Assembly: GCA_002347965.1 (NCBI GenBank)
Contig: DDYN01000039.1
Location: 1,797-65,796 of the forward strand
Direction of reading: 5' to 3'
Origin: Nitrospirae bacterium UBA2233
Lineage (GTDB): Bacteria; UBA2233
Length of the DNA stretch: 64,000 nucleotides
The notes beneath the pieces were generated by a model. The model searched no databases. It saw only the letters and a program-made list of their open reading frames with translations, and was not told where the DNA came from. The translations under genes and the position numbers were made by a program. This document shows positions 11,592-21,459 of this stretch, in pieces (within the stretch, counting starts at the first letter, position 1; every line of letters begins with the position of its first letter).

Positions 11592-12923
11592 TTACCCGTT
11601 TGTGCCAGCCCCTTCCGTAACCTGGGCTAGACTTTCCGTTTCTTGATTTTCTTTTGTCGCCGACCTGAACGATGCAGGAGACAAGAGCTCTTTTGCCCGA
11701 CGCTTAAGCGTAGATGCAAGTCCCCGATCCACATCCGGGGGTAGCTTCTCAAATTGGTTTTCACCCATCTTGGAGAGGTCATCGAGCGTTTCAACCCCGG
11801 CGGAGTTTAAGGCTAGGGCCAACGCCTCGTCCATATCCTGAAGAAACTTGACGGATTCTTTCGCAAGCTGACGGATTTTTTGGACTTCAGACTTGCTCCG
11901 AATGTCTATGTTCCAGCCAAGCAGCTTTGAGGCAAGCCGGACGTTGACGCCCTTCTTGCCGATAGCCAAGGAAAGCTGCTCATCCGGAACTGTAATCTCA
12001 AGCGTCTTGTGTTCTTCTAGGGCAACCACGTTTAAGATCTCACAAGGGGCAAGCGCCTTTTGGGCGAGATGTTCGATGTCCTTGTGGTAAGGAATGACAT
12101 CGATACGCTCGGAGCGAAACTCCTGAAGGACATTTTGTATCCTCGAGCCCCTTACTCCTACGCAAGCACCGGCCGGATCAACGTTTGGATCCTTGCTTTT
12201 TACGAGCACCTTAGACCTCATCCCCGGCTCTCTGGCTATGTTGAGGATCTCGACAAGGCCGTTTCGGATCTCCGGGACTTCTAACTCGAACAGACGAACG
12301 AGGAATTGCGGGTGGGTTCTTGAAAGGATCAGTTGCGGCCCCCGGCCTTCGAGGCGAATGTCCAGCAGGTAAGCGCGAATCCTGTCGCCTTGGCTGTAAT
12401 GCTCTCCCCAAATCTGCTCGCTGGAAGGCAAAAGCGCGTCCGTCTTCCCGATGTTGACTACAATGTTGCCTCCCCGATCGATCCGCTGAACAATGCCGCT
12501 CACCAGCTCACCTTTTCTGGAAATGAGCTCGTTATAAATGTTTTCCCGCTCGATTTCCCGGATGCGTTGCATCAAAACCTGCTTGGCCGTCTGGGCGGCA
12601 ATTCGCCCTAAATTCATCAAGTCGCCGGACTCAAGGTGGCGCTCGAGGACATCGCCTACTTCTGCCGACTCGTTGTATTCTCTGGCCTCTTCAAGGGAAA
12701 CCTCCTGCGTCGGGTCCTCGACATTTTGAGCAATACGATAACTCTCGTGGATGTCAAAGGTCCCCGTCTCTTCGTCAAACAGCACGCTAATCGGCCGTTG
12801 GCTACCGTACTTCTTCTTGGCAGCGGACAAGACGGCAGTCTTAATCGTGTCAATCAGGACTTTTTTGCTGATGTCCTTTTCTTTGCCAACCTGTTCGATA
12901 ATGCGTTTTAACTCTGTACTCAT
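11592..12923 (-). CDS. nusA: Transcription termination/antitermination factor NusA
   Basis: GRIAAQTAKQV, LSRTHP, AREPGMRSK and LAIGKKGVNVRLAS motifs. Confidence 0.97.
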   Translation of the reverse strand: MSTELKRIIEQVGKEKDISKKVLIDTIKTAVLSAAKKKYGSQRPISVLFDEETGTFDIHESYRIAQNVEDPTQEVSLEEAREYNESAEVGDVLERHLESGDLMNLGRIAAQTAKQVLMQRIREIERENIYNELISRKGELVSGIVQRIDRGGNIVVNIGKTDALLPSSEQIWGEHYSQGDRIRAYLLDIRLEGRGPQLILSRTHPQFLVRLFELEVPEIRNGLVEILNIAREPGMRSKVLVKSKDPNVDPAGACVGVRGSRIQNVLQEFRSERIDVIPYHKDIEHLAQKALAPCEILNVVALEEHKTLEITVPDEQLSLAIGKKGVNVRLASKLLGWNIDIRSKSEVQKIRQLAKESVKFLQDMDEALALALNSAGVETLDDLSKMGENQFEKLPPDVDRGLASTLKRRAKELLSPASFRSATKENQETESLAQVTEGAGTNG

Positions 12924-12966
12924 GGGTTCTTTCGCGTGCGTTTATTGCTAGGAAAGCGTGCTTAGG

Positions 12967-13464
12967 CTAGAGAAACTCGTTTCTATCAAAATCGTACACA
13001 AGATTGGCCCTCCGGATGGCGCGGAAGGGCACGTCAAGCTCCTGAGCCGTCGACCCCACACGAAGCGTTAGCCTGTCGCCCTGAACCCCTATCAGCGTCC
13101 CTTGGGCCTCCTTCCTCCCTGAATACCCCTTCTCAAGCCGGAGCACAAGCCTCTTACCGATATAACTCTTAAAGTCATCTTTGGGCCCCAAGAGCCGGTT
13201 GACCCCCCTTGAAGAAACCTCGATTGTGTATGTCCCCTCAAAGGGGGCATCGTTGTCGATCAACAGCGCGGAGCTCTCCGACACCTTGACGCAGTCCTCA
13301 ACTTTGACTCTCCGGGATGCGGGGTCCGTCGTGTCAAGATAGAGACGAACCACCCATTTGCTCTGTTCGCGATCTACGCTCACAAGAACAAGCCGAAAAC
13401 CCAAGGCAAGGATCTCCGGCTCCAAAAGTTCACGTAAACGCCGCTCAACGGACGAGCTTTCCAT
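12967..13464 (-). CDS. rimP: Ribosome maturation factor RimP
   Basis: VEDC and YTIEVSSRG motifs; directly upstream of nusA. Confidence 0.92.
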   Translation of the reverse strand: MESSSVERRLRELLEPEILALGFRLVLVSVDREQSKWVVRLYLDTTDPASRRVKVEDCVKVSESSALLIDNDAPFEGTYTIEVSSRGVNRLLGPKDDFKSYIGKRLVLRLEKGYSGRKEAQGTLIGVQGDRLTLRVGSTAQELDVPFRAIRRANLVYDFDRNEFL

Positions 13465-13612
13465 CTCGTTTGACGGGATCCCCTCGCAGCCCCTCGCATA
13501 CCCTAAACAGGCAATCCAAAATGAACGAGAGGAAGAAGACGTGAGGTTTGGAGTTCAAAGTTGCTATACTACTCTTTCCACGTTACTCAACAGCATACCC
13601 TACTTCAGCCCT

Positions 13613-15016
13613 CTAAGGCAATGCTTCTCCAAGCATAGAGGCGGGGTTTAACAGCACCCCTACCTCCTCCTTAGAATAAACTCCTTCTCCTAAAAGGACT
13701 TCCTTTAGCGACTGCCCGGTTTCGTAAGCCTTTTTTACGAGTGCCGCAGCCTTGTCGTAGCCGATTTCTGGAGTCAAGGCGGTAACCAAGGCGAGGCTTT
13801 TTTCTAGCCAATCATTGCATCGCCCAGAATCCGCAAGGATGCCCTCGATGCACTTTTCACGAAACGCCTCCATGGCGTTGCCCAAAAGGCTCAAACTCTC
13901 CAAAATCGAATGGGCCAAGACTGGCATCATGGTGTTAAGCTCTAGGTTCCCAGAAAAACCGGCCAACGTCGCGATTGCATCGTTCCCGATCGCACGTACG
14001 GCTACTTGACACACCATCTCGGCCATCACAGGGTTCACCTTGCCCGGCATGATAGAGGAACCTGGCTGGACGGATGGAACCTTGATTTCCCCCATTCCGC
14101 AACGGGGGCCGGAATTGAGCAGACGGATATCGTTGGCGATCTTCATGAGGCCTACGGCCAAAGACTTTAACGCCCCGCTCAACTCAACAAGGGCATCTTT
14201 TGCCCCAATAGCCTCGAACTTATCCTCGGCCGTACGAAACGGATACCCTAATCCTTCTTGCAATTTTTCGACAACGACCTGGCCAAACTTTGGGTGTGCG
14301 TTCAGTCCTGTCCCCACGGCCGTACCGCCGATTGGAAGCTCTTCCAGGAAGTATTCTGAATGCTTCAGGCGAACACCCGCATGCCTCAACATCGTCGCAT
14401 AAGCTCCAAACTCCTGGGAAAGCCGCATAGGTACGGCATCTTGAAGGTGAGTCCTCCCGATCTTTAACACGTCAAAGAACGATTCGGCCTTTTTTGTGAA
14501 TGCGACCTCGAGCCTAAAAAGAGCTGGCAGGAGGTTCTCTTTGAGCTCATCGTAAGCGGCCACGTGGATGGCCGTTGGGATGACATCGTTGCTCGACTGT
14601 CCTTTGTTGACATGGTCGTTTGGATGAACGGGAAAACGGTCGCCCTTTTTCCCACCCAGAAGCTCGTTGGCCCGGCTTGCAATGACCTCGTTTGCGTTCA
14701 TGTTGGTCGAGGTTCCCGAACCCGTCTGGTAGACATCCACGACGAACTCCCTATCGAGACTCCCCTCCGCCACTTCCTTTGAGGCCCTCCCGATCGCGTC
14801 AGCTAGAACAGGGTCCAGCTGGCCAAGCTCGGCATTTGCTTCCGATGCATAGCCCTTGATAAGCCCGAGCGCTTTAATAAACACCCTCGGGAAGCGTTGC
14901 CCGCTAACGTGGAAGTTCTCGACGGCCCGTTGAGTCTGGGCGCCGTAATACGCTTCTTCTGGCACCATTATCTCGCCTAGGGAGTCTCTTTCCGTTCGAA
15001 GCCGCGATTCCTGCAT
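13613..15016 (-). CDS. fumC: Class II fumarate hydratase
   Basis: QTGSGTSTNMN, GRTHLQDA (His, as in FumC rather than E. coli AspA) and GSSIMPGKVNP motifs; ATG at 15016. Confidence 0.88.
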   Translation of the reverse strand: MQESRLRTERDSLGEIMVPEEAYYGAQTQRAVENFHVSGQRFPRVFIKALGLIKGYASEANAELGQLDPVLADAIGRASKEVAEGSLDREFVVDVYQTGSGTSTNMNANEVIASRANELLGGKKGDRFPVHPNDHVNKGQSSNDVIPTAIHVAAYDELKENLLPALFRLEVAFTKKAESFFDVLKIGRTHLQDAVPMRLSQEFGAYATMLRHAGVRLKHSEYFLEELPIGGTAVGTGLNAHPKFGQVVVEKLQEGLGYPFRTAEDKFEAIGAKDALVELSGALKSLAVGLMKIANDIRLLNSGPRCGMGEIKVPSVQPGSSIMPGKVNPVMAEMVCQVAVRAIGNDAIATLAGFSGNLELNTMMPVLAHSILESLSLLGNAMEAFREKCIEGILADSGRCNDWLEKSLALVTALTPEIGYDKAAALVKKAYETGQSLKEVLLGEGVYSKEEVGVLLNPASMLGEALP

Positions 15017-15020
15017 TGCG

Positions 15021-15878
15021 TTATGCCTCGGATGTAGAATTAATGCAATAACCGACACATCCGTTCGCTTCGCCGCTCTGGGTCATCCAGAGCGCATGCA
15101 TAGCCTCAAGGCCCGCTAGAAGGAGGCGGCCTTCAAGGCCCTCATGCTCCTCTGGGACCACACGACCAGACTCAGGGGCGTTTGCCACAATACCCAGAAT
15201 CCCACCCGACAAGATACGACGCCTAGAAGACGTATAGTAGTCTTTCAGGAGGAAATGGGCGGAGAGCTCCATCTCCGAGGCAAGGGCGCCCATTCGCTGG
15301 TAGCTCTTAAGGCGTTCCCGAAGCTCATTTCCTTTCGGCGAGAATTGCGGGGCTTCTTTAAAATAGAGGTCGCTCTTGGTGTGAACAACCCCCAGCCAAA
15401 GAGATTCGCCCGACAAGAAACCTTGCTCCCCGAGCGCCGAAAGAAGGAACGGGAACATCTCGAACGAGGCTACCGCGGGATACTCTGGGCCAACAAGCGC
15501 CCGCGTCGTGTCTTCGTCCCGGATGCACGCCAACGCGACGACTGCATGACCCGGACGTACGCGGGCCTGAAGGCTTCCGGCAGTCCCAATGCGAAGGAGC
15601 ACGCCGTTGCCCTGGATGAGCTCGATCACCTCCGGAAGGACGATCGCGCACGAAGCGGGCCCCATACCCGTCGTAACCCCGGAAACAGGCGTCCCCTTGT
15701 ATGTCCCGTGTACAACAACAAGCCCCCTATCCCCCTTAGAACACTCGGCATGATCAAGGTGCTGGACAAGCCTCTGGATCCTTCCGGCCGACCCTGCGGT
15801 AAGCACGTACGGATTCATCCGTTCAGCTTCCAAGTGGTATGTTTTCCCCCTCGAAAGGAAGGTAACCCCCTCTTCCAT
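15021..15878 (-). CDS. Nucleoside phosphorylase (uridine phosphorylase-like, PNP/UDP family)
   Basis: TTGMGPAS, RIGTAGS, IRDEDT and SEME motifs. Substrate cannot be determined from sequence. Confidence 0.8.
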   Translation of the reverse strand: MEEGVTFLSRGKTYHLEAERMNPYVLTAGSAGRIQRLVQHLDHAECSKGDRGLVVVHGTYKGTPVSGVTTGMGPASCAIVLPEVIELIQGNGVLLRIGTAGSLQARVRPGHAVVALACIRDEDTTRALVGPEYPAVASFEMFPFLLSALGEQGFLSGESLWLGVVHTKSDLYFKEAPQFSPKGNELRERLKSYQRMGALASEMELSAHFLLKDYYTSSRRRILSGGILGIVANAPESGRVVPEEHEGLEGRLLLAGLEAMHALWMTQSGEANGCVGYCINSTSEA

Positions 15879-15978
15879 GGATTCTCCCGTAAGTTGCGAA
15901 CGGTTCAAAAATGCACTACATTTAATTATTACATCTTAAACAGAAGCCTGACTATCGCTCACGAAAAAAGGAAATGCC

Positions 15979-17289
15979 ATGGAGCCTACAAAGATTCTTT
16001 TGGGTGAAGAGGCAATCCCTAAGTTTTGGTACAACATCCTGGCCGACCTTCCCTGGCCTTTGCCCCCTGCCCTTCACCCGAAGACCCGATCGATACTTTC
16101 TCCGGACGATCTTGCCGAGCTTTTTCCTGAATCCCTCGTTGAACAGGAAATGAGCCATGAGCGGTTCATCGAAATCCCGGACGAGGTGCTTGAGGCCTAC
16201 AGGATGTGGAGACCAACGCCGCTTCATCGTGCCTACCGGCTTGAAAGATCCCTCGACACTCCAGCAAAAATCTACTACAAGTACGAAGGCGGAAACCCCT
16301 CCGGGTCGCACAAGCTGAACACGGCCTTACCTCAAGCCTATTTTAACCGGCTTGAGGGCATCAAAAAGCTCACGACGGAGACGGGCGCAGGCCAGTGGGG
16401 AAGCGCGCTTTCTTTGGCCTGCAGTCTTTTTGACCTTGAATGTCGCGTGTTTATGGTCCGGATAAGCTACGACCAAAAACCTTACCGGCGGATTCTTATG
16501 GAGACCTGGGGCGCGACGTGTATTCCGAGCCCGAGCCAAACGACGCAGGCAGGCAGAAATGCGCTTCAGCAAGACCCAGAAACCCCGGGCACCCTAGGCC
16601 TTGCCATTTCCGAGGCCATTGAAGAAGCGCTCGCAAGGTCCGACACGCACTATGCGCTGGGAAGCGTACTAAACCACGTCCTTTTGCACCAGACGGTGAT
16701 AGGCCTGGAGGCAAAGGCGCAGCTCGCCAGCATCGGCGTCATGCCAGACGTGATTGTCGGCTGTGTTGGCGGCGGGTCTAACTTTGCCGGACTTGCACTC
16801 CCATTCGTTCCAGAGAAACTCTCGGGACAAAAGGTGAAGATGGTATGCGTAGAGCCAATCGCCACACCATCGTTGACAAAAGGGACCTACACCTATGATT
16901 ACGCGGATACCGCAGGGCTAACCCCGCTTTTAAAAATGCACACGCTAGGCAAAGATTTCGTGCCGCCCAAAGTGCACGCTGGAGGGCTGCGCTACCATGG
17001 GATGGCGCCGATCGTGTCATTATTGTACGACAAAGGCCTTTTGGAGGCCGAGGCTGTGGAGCAACAAGAGGCATTCTCGGCCGCTGTTATTTTTGCAAGG
17101 ACAGAGGGGGTTGTCCCGGCTCCTGAGTCTGCACATGCCCTCCGTGTTGCCATAAACGAGGCTATGCTGGCAAAAGAAGAAGGAAAAAGTAAAGCAATTA
17201 TTCTTAATCTAAGCGGGCATGGCTACCTCGATCTTAGCGCCTACGATGCCTACCTTAAAGGACAAATCCCCTCAAAGCAGGAAGCCTAA
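15979..17289 (+). CDS. trpB2: TrpB2-type tryptophan synthase beta chain (stand-alone PLP enzyme)
   Basis: IPKFWYNI N-terminus, GSHKLN (PLP Lys), [22 protein letters not shown] and LSGHG motifs; no trpA adjacent. Confidence 0.93.
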   Translation: MEPTKILLGEEAIPKFWYNILADLPWPLPPALHPKTRSILSPDDLAELFPESLVEQEMSHERFIEIPDEVLEAYRMWRPTPLHRAYRLERSLDTPAKIYYKYEGGNPSGSHKLNTALPQAYFNRLEGIKKLTTETGAGQWGSALSLACSLFDLECRVFMVRISYDQKPYRRILMETWGATCIPSPSQTTQAGRNALQQDPETPGTLGLAISEAIEEALARSDTHYALGSVLNHVLLHQTVIGLEAKAQLASIGVMPDVIVGCVGGGSNFAGLALPFVPEKLSGQKVKMVCVEPIATPSLTKGTYTYDYADTAGLTPLLKMHTLGKDFVPPKVHAGGLRYHGMAPIVSLLYDKGLLEAEAVEQQEAFSAAVIFARTEGVVPAPESAHALRVAINEAMLAKEEGKSKAIILNLSGHGYLDLSAYDAYLKGQIPSKQEA

Positions 17290-17369
17290 CCTACCTAAAC
17301 TCCAAGCCAAGCCTATCACTTCTGAGATACCTGGGTGCCGGACGTCTGCCGTCAACTGACGCCTGTTGC

Positions 17370-18344
17370 CTACTGGAGGGACGCCTTCAGCTGCCTACGG
17401 TAAAAGGACCGCATGACGATGGCCGTTAGGTTGAACAGGAACGTCATCACAAGCAAAACGAACGTGGTTCCATACTGAATCGGCCGGGTCTCTTGGACGT
17501 TGATCGATTGGGTGGCCATAATATAAATATGGTATGCAAGCTCCATGAACTGATCGAATGGGTTCAGAATGGGCAGCTGAAAAGGCAGTAGCGGAACGTT
17601 GACGTAGACTACGGGCAGCTTGGGCAGAAAGTAGGCCGCACCCGTAAACAGGATCGGGGCCGTTTCGCCGGCCCCGCGCGAAACGGCAAGAATCGCCCCC
17701 GTTAAAATACCTGGCCGTGCCTGCAGAAGGACGACCCGGGACGTGGTTTGCCAACGGGTTGCGCCGAGTGCGTAGGCTGCTTCCCTGTAGCTCCAAGGAA
17801 CGGCGCGTAACGCTTCTTCCGTAGAAACGATGACCACGGGCAAGACCAACACGGCAAGCGTCATTGCTGCCCACAGAAGCGCAGGTTTGCCAAACAGCAT
17901 TCCTGTCTGCAGAACCTGATCGAGATTTCTTCCTATAAAAAGGATAAAAAAGCCTAGCCCGAACAGTCCAAACACGATAGAAGGGATACCGGCCAAGTTG
18001 TTTACCCCTGCCCGGATGACCCTGGCGATCGGGCTATCTTGAACGTACTCTACGAGGTACACGGCGGTTGAGATTCCTACGGGAAGGGCCGCTAGGATCA
18101 TCAGCGTGACTAAAGAAAGTGTCCCGAAGATAGCGGGAAGGATGCCTCCGGCCGTCATCCCTTTTTCCGGAGACTCAAACAGGAAAGAAGGGGTAACGAC
18201 CTTGGCGCCATAGTATAGGATGGGAACGAAAATCCAAGCGATCAACAAAACAACCACGGCCATAGAAAACCCGGCTATAATCACGAATGCCCACTCGAGC
18301 AACCTGATCGACTTACGGCTGCGGCTGTTATGCGAAAACGTCAT
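17370..18344 (-). CDS. pstA: Phosphate ABC transporter permease PstA
   Basis: NLAGIPSIVFGLFG, EAAYALGAT and RGAGETAP motifs. Confidence 0.95.
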   Translation of the reverse strand: MTFSHNSRSRKSIRLLEWAFVIIAGFSMAVVVLLIAWIFVPILYYGAKVVTPSFLFESPEKGMTAGGILPAIFGTLSLVTLMILAALPVGISTAVYLVEYVQDSPIARVIRAGVNNLAGIPSIVFGLFGLGFFILFIGRNLDQVLQTGMLFGKPALLWAAMTLAVLVLPVVIVSTEEALRAVPWSYREAAYALGATRWQTTSRVVLLQARPGILTGAILAVSRGAGETAPILFTGAAYFLPKLPVVYVNVPLLPFQLPILNPFDQFMELAYHIYIMATQSINVQETRPIQYGTTFVLLVMTFLFNLTAIVMRSFYRRQLKASLQ

Positions 18345-18352
18345 GCTTGCCC

Positions 18353-19384
18353 CTACATTCTCAAGCGTTTGCGTACCCTATCCAAGATGAACTCGGTTAC
18401 AAAGTTCATAAAAAACGTAATCGTGAACAAAACAGACCCGACCAAAAAAAGCGCATAATACTCGTTCGACCCCTGCGCAACGGCGCCTAGTTCACCCGCG
18501 ATCGTAGCCGTCATCGTGCGTACAGACTTAAAAATATCGAAGGTCACCTGGGCCGCGTTCCCCGTGGCCATGACGACAATCATCGTCTCTCCGATCGCTC
18601 GCCCCATACCAAGAATGACTGCCGCGGCGATACCCGGCGAACAATACGGTAAAATCGCAAAAAGAACCGTCTGCGATCGCGTTGCGCCCAACGCGTAGCT
18701 TGCTTCTCTGATTTCCCTGGGCACAGCGTGTAGGACGTCTTCCACAAGCGAGGCGATCACGGGGATGATCACACAGCTGACCCCGATCGCCCCCACAAGG
18801 GCGTTAAGACGGTAAGAAGTATGAAAAATTCGCTGAATCCAGTCTGCCCCTATGGCGAGCATGAAGAAACCGATCACTACGGTTGGAATACCGGCCAGTA
18901 GCTCTAAAAAAGGCTTTGCCAGCTCCCTTAGACGTGGCTTGGCAATTTCGCTCAAAAACAATCCACAGCCGATTCCAAACCCAGAAGCGATAAGCGTGGC
19001 CGGAAGGGCCACAAGGAATGTTCCAGATATTAAAGGAATGAGAGAAAATTTTGGACTCGACCCAACAGGTTGCCAGATGTATCGGAACACTTCTTCGTTG
19101 CTAAAATAATCGACCACTCGCACGCCGATAAACTGACTCAAAGGAATCGTGGTGAGCGCACGAACCCCTTCCTGGAACAAGAATAAGAAGATGAGCGTGA
19201 TCGCCACAATCGCGACCAGGCTGTTCAGGAACAGGAAGAGCTCTATTCCGCGCTCCAGCGCCCGCCCTTTACGCACAAAAGAGCGACTTCGATGGATCTT
19301 CGCCCACGCCCATTGAGCCCTTTGGGCTTCCGGATGGACTTCCAAGGCCTGAAGTTTGTGCCCTTGCCTCCCTTCTCGCTCCAT
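18353..19384 (-). CDS. pstC: Phosphate ABC transporter permease PstC
   Basis: ELLAGIPTVV, REASYALGAT and GRAIGETMIV motifs. Confidence 0.95.
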   Translation of the reverse strand: MEREGRQGHKLQALEVHPEAQRAQWAWAKIHRSRSFVRKGRALERGIELFLFLNSLVAIVAITLIFLFLFQEGVRALTTIPLSQFIGVRVVDYFSNEEVFRYIWQPVGSSPKFSLIPLISGTFLVALPATLIASGFGIGCGLFLSEIAKPRLRELAKPFLELLAGIPTVVIGFFMLAIGADWIQRIFHTSYRLNALVGAIGVSCVIIPVIASLVEDVLHAVPREIREASYALGATRSQTVLFAILPYCSPGIAAAVILGMGRAIGETMIVVMATGNAAQVTFDIFKSVRTMTATIAGELGAVAQGSNEYYALFLVGSVLFTITFFMNFVTEFILDRVRKRLRM

Positions 19385-19412
19385 CCTTTTGCCCCCCTAG
19401 CACCATCGTGCG

Positions 19413-20309
19413 TTATCGGCCTGCAACAGCGGCTACGTTGATCGGAATGTAGCCAAGCTCAGCCGCGATTTTTTGGCCTTCTTCGCTCAAAATCCAATCG
19501 AGGAAGCGTTTAATCTCGGCAGATTCCCGAAGAGAATAGACAAAAAGCGGCCTGGCCAATGGGTACTCTCCGGACCACACTACGTCGTAGTGTACCTTCG
19601 TCCGCTTGAGGTCGGAGCGGTCGATTGGGTCGATGGCCTTCTGATCGTCTGCCTTGCTGACCTTTATCACCTTAAGGTTTGGACGATCGAAATAGGCAAC
19701 CCCTCCATACCCAATCCCTTTAGGGTCTTTGGCTACCGCATCGGCAACGGCGGCGGTTCCAGGAAGGTTTTGACAATCGGAGGCATAGTCCATGTCCTTA
19801 AGGACGTGCTCTTTAAAAAAGAGGTAGGTCCCAGAGTTAGATTCCCTGGAATAGCGCATTATGGGCAAGTCTTTGCCGCCCAACTCCTTCCAGTTGTTCA
19901 CGTGTCCCGTGTATATACCCATCAGCTGCCTTAGACTCAAGCGCTCTACCGGGTTGTCTTTGTGGACGACGATGCCGAGCGCATCCATTGCCACCTTAAC
20001 CTCCTTCGGCTCTCGGCCCAACCGGCGCGCTGCTTCTATTTCTTCCTGCTTGATCGGGCGGGAAGCGTTGGCCAGGTCTGTCGTCCCGTTAATAAGCGAG
20101 GCAATTCCCGTCCCAGAGCCCCCTCCCGTCACCTGGATCGTCGCATCGGGGTGCTTTTTCATGTACTCTTCCGCCCAACGCTGGGCCACGATAACCATCG
20201 TGTCCGAGCCTTTCACCGTGACGAGCTCACTAGCCCACCCATCTTGAGCCATCGAGGCACCCAGAAAAAATACACCGGACATCAGGACCATCTTGATAAA
20301 CGCTTTCAT
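19413..20309 (-). CDS. pstS: Phosphate ABC transporter substrate-binding protein
   Basis: Signal peptide; KGSDT, GGGSGTG, ASR, RESNSGT and YPLARPLF motifs. Confidence 0.95.
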   Translation of the reverse strand: MKAFIKMVLMSGVFFLGASMAQDGWASELVTVKGSDTMVIVAQRWAEEYMKKHPDATIQVTGGGSGTGIASLINGTTDLANASRPIKQEEIEAARRLGREPKEVKVAMDALGIVVHKDNPVERLSLRQLMGIYTGHVNNWKELGGKDLPIMRYSRESNSGTYLFFKEHVLKDMDYASDCQNLPGTAAVADAVAKDPKGIGYGGVAYFDRPNLKVIKVSKADDQKAIDPIDRSDLKRTKVHYDVVWSGEYPLARPLFVYSLRESAEIKRFLDWILSEEGQKIAAELGYIPINVAAVAGR

Positions 20310-20318
20310 GGGGGTCTC

Positions 20319-21398
20319 CTATAGAGTTTCTGCCGTAAATACGTTTTGAATTCGAAAATCTCCCTGCACGGCCATAACGTCCCCGGCCCCTCCTTTGGCC
20401 TGTCTAATGACGTAAAGCGTCTTCCCTAAGGCATCCATGGCTATTCCGGTGGCTTCACCCCCCGGTACTTCCGCAAACTTCCTCACTTTCGCGCCGGATG
20501 GCAGCGCACAAAGAACCTTGTTGGGAGCAAGATTTGCTCCTTTTTTGCCCTCTGCAACCCAAAGGTCCATGAACGAACCCCAGAAAAGGGCGCTAGGGCC
20601 CGCAAAGTCATTCCCGTTCCCAAAGAGATGGACGGAAACCTGAAGGCTTCTAGGGTTAAGCCGAAGAATCCTTCCGAACGAGGGGTCGGCCCCTTTTTCG
20701 GCAAAGTATATGTACTCTTCTGGTCCTGAGCTTACGCCTTGGAGCGCCTGGAACGTGCTAAACCCCCTTTTTCTTGCCTCGTCTGAGGCATGGAGAGGGT
20801 CCTCAATCTTGCTCCAACGCCTATTTGCAGCATCGAGCGCAAGCAGCTCTCCTTCAAGAAACCCGGTACCTCCTTTGGGTACATACTTAAACAAGCCACC
20901 GCTCGGTCCCGCCTCTGTCAGGTAAACCGACCCGTCTGCCCCGACGGTAAGGCCGGCATGAGCAAAATTTCCCATGGATTCGATGCGTACGGGCTCTGGG
21001 CGTGCAAACTCAACACGGTACACAAACCCGCCTTCCGGCAAGTTCTGGGCAACAAAAAGGAAGCCTTCTTTGCTGTCGGCGATAGGCCCGAGCCCGGCAA
21101 CACCTGTCGGAATTACGGAGCCCTTGCGTAGCACGGGCCCATCCAACTCTAACATGCTAATCGAACCTGCCCCGTCATTATGGGCGACAGCAAGCGTGTT
21201 GGAGTTTGGCAAAAAAACTGCACCCTGTGGGTTCTCGGGAAAGACGGCCCCGCCAGGCATGCGACCCCCAGACCGGACAGCCGTACTGGCTTGAAAGCCC
21301 TTAAGCATTACCTCTTGAGGCATAACAAGGGAGGCTTGTCCCCAGAACGCAACCAGCGCGATTCCTTTTATAAGAGAGGCTTTTTTCCGAAGGTACAT
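20319..21398 (-). CDS. Exported PhoX-like beta-propeller with degenerate metal ligands
   Basis: Motif order matches PhoX/DUF839 (MGNFAHA, VYLTEA, LFKYVP, EGELLAL, FAGPSAL, LWVAEG, GEATG, GKTLYV); first gene of the pst operon. Confidence 0.65.
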   Translation of the reverse strand: MYLRKKASLIKGIALVAFWGQASLVMPQEVMLKGFQASTAVRSGGRMPGGAVFPENPQGAVFLPNSNTLAVAHNDGAGSISMLELDGPVLRKGSVIPTGVAGLGPIADSKEGFLFVAQNLPEGGFVYRVEFARPEPVRIESMGNFAHAGLTVGADGSVYLTEAGPSGGLFKYVPKGGTGFLEGELLALDAANRRWSKIEDPLHASDEARKRGFSTFQALQGVSSGPEEYIYFAEKGADPSFGRILRLNPRSLQVSVHLFGNGNDFAGPSALFWGSFMDLWVAEGKKGANLAPNKVLCALPSGAKVRKFAEVPGGEATGIAMDALGKTLYVIRQAKGGAGDVMAVQGDFRIQNVFTAETL

Positions 21399-21424
21399 TC
21401 TTTCCCCCTTGATTTTGAAATGCT

Positions 21425-21459
21425 ATCATAGCAAACAAAATGTTGCAGTTTTATGAAGC
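21425..21459 (-). promoter_or_regulatory. Putative Pho box plus extended -10 promoter for the phoX-like-pstSCA operon
   Basis: Minus strand GCTTCATAAAACTGCAAC matches the E. coli consensus CTGTCATAAAACTGTCAC at 13/18 positions; 11 nt downstream is TATGAT, preceded by TGc. Confidence 0.55.

Noticed and set aside
15144..16007. 287-aa plus-strand ORF
   Set aside because: Antisense to the nucleoside phosphorylase gene; no recognisable motifs.
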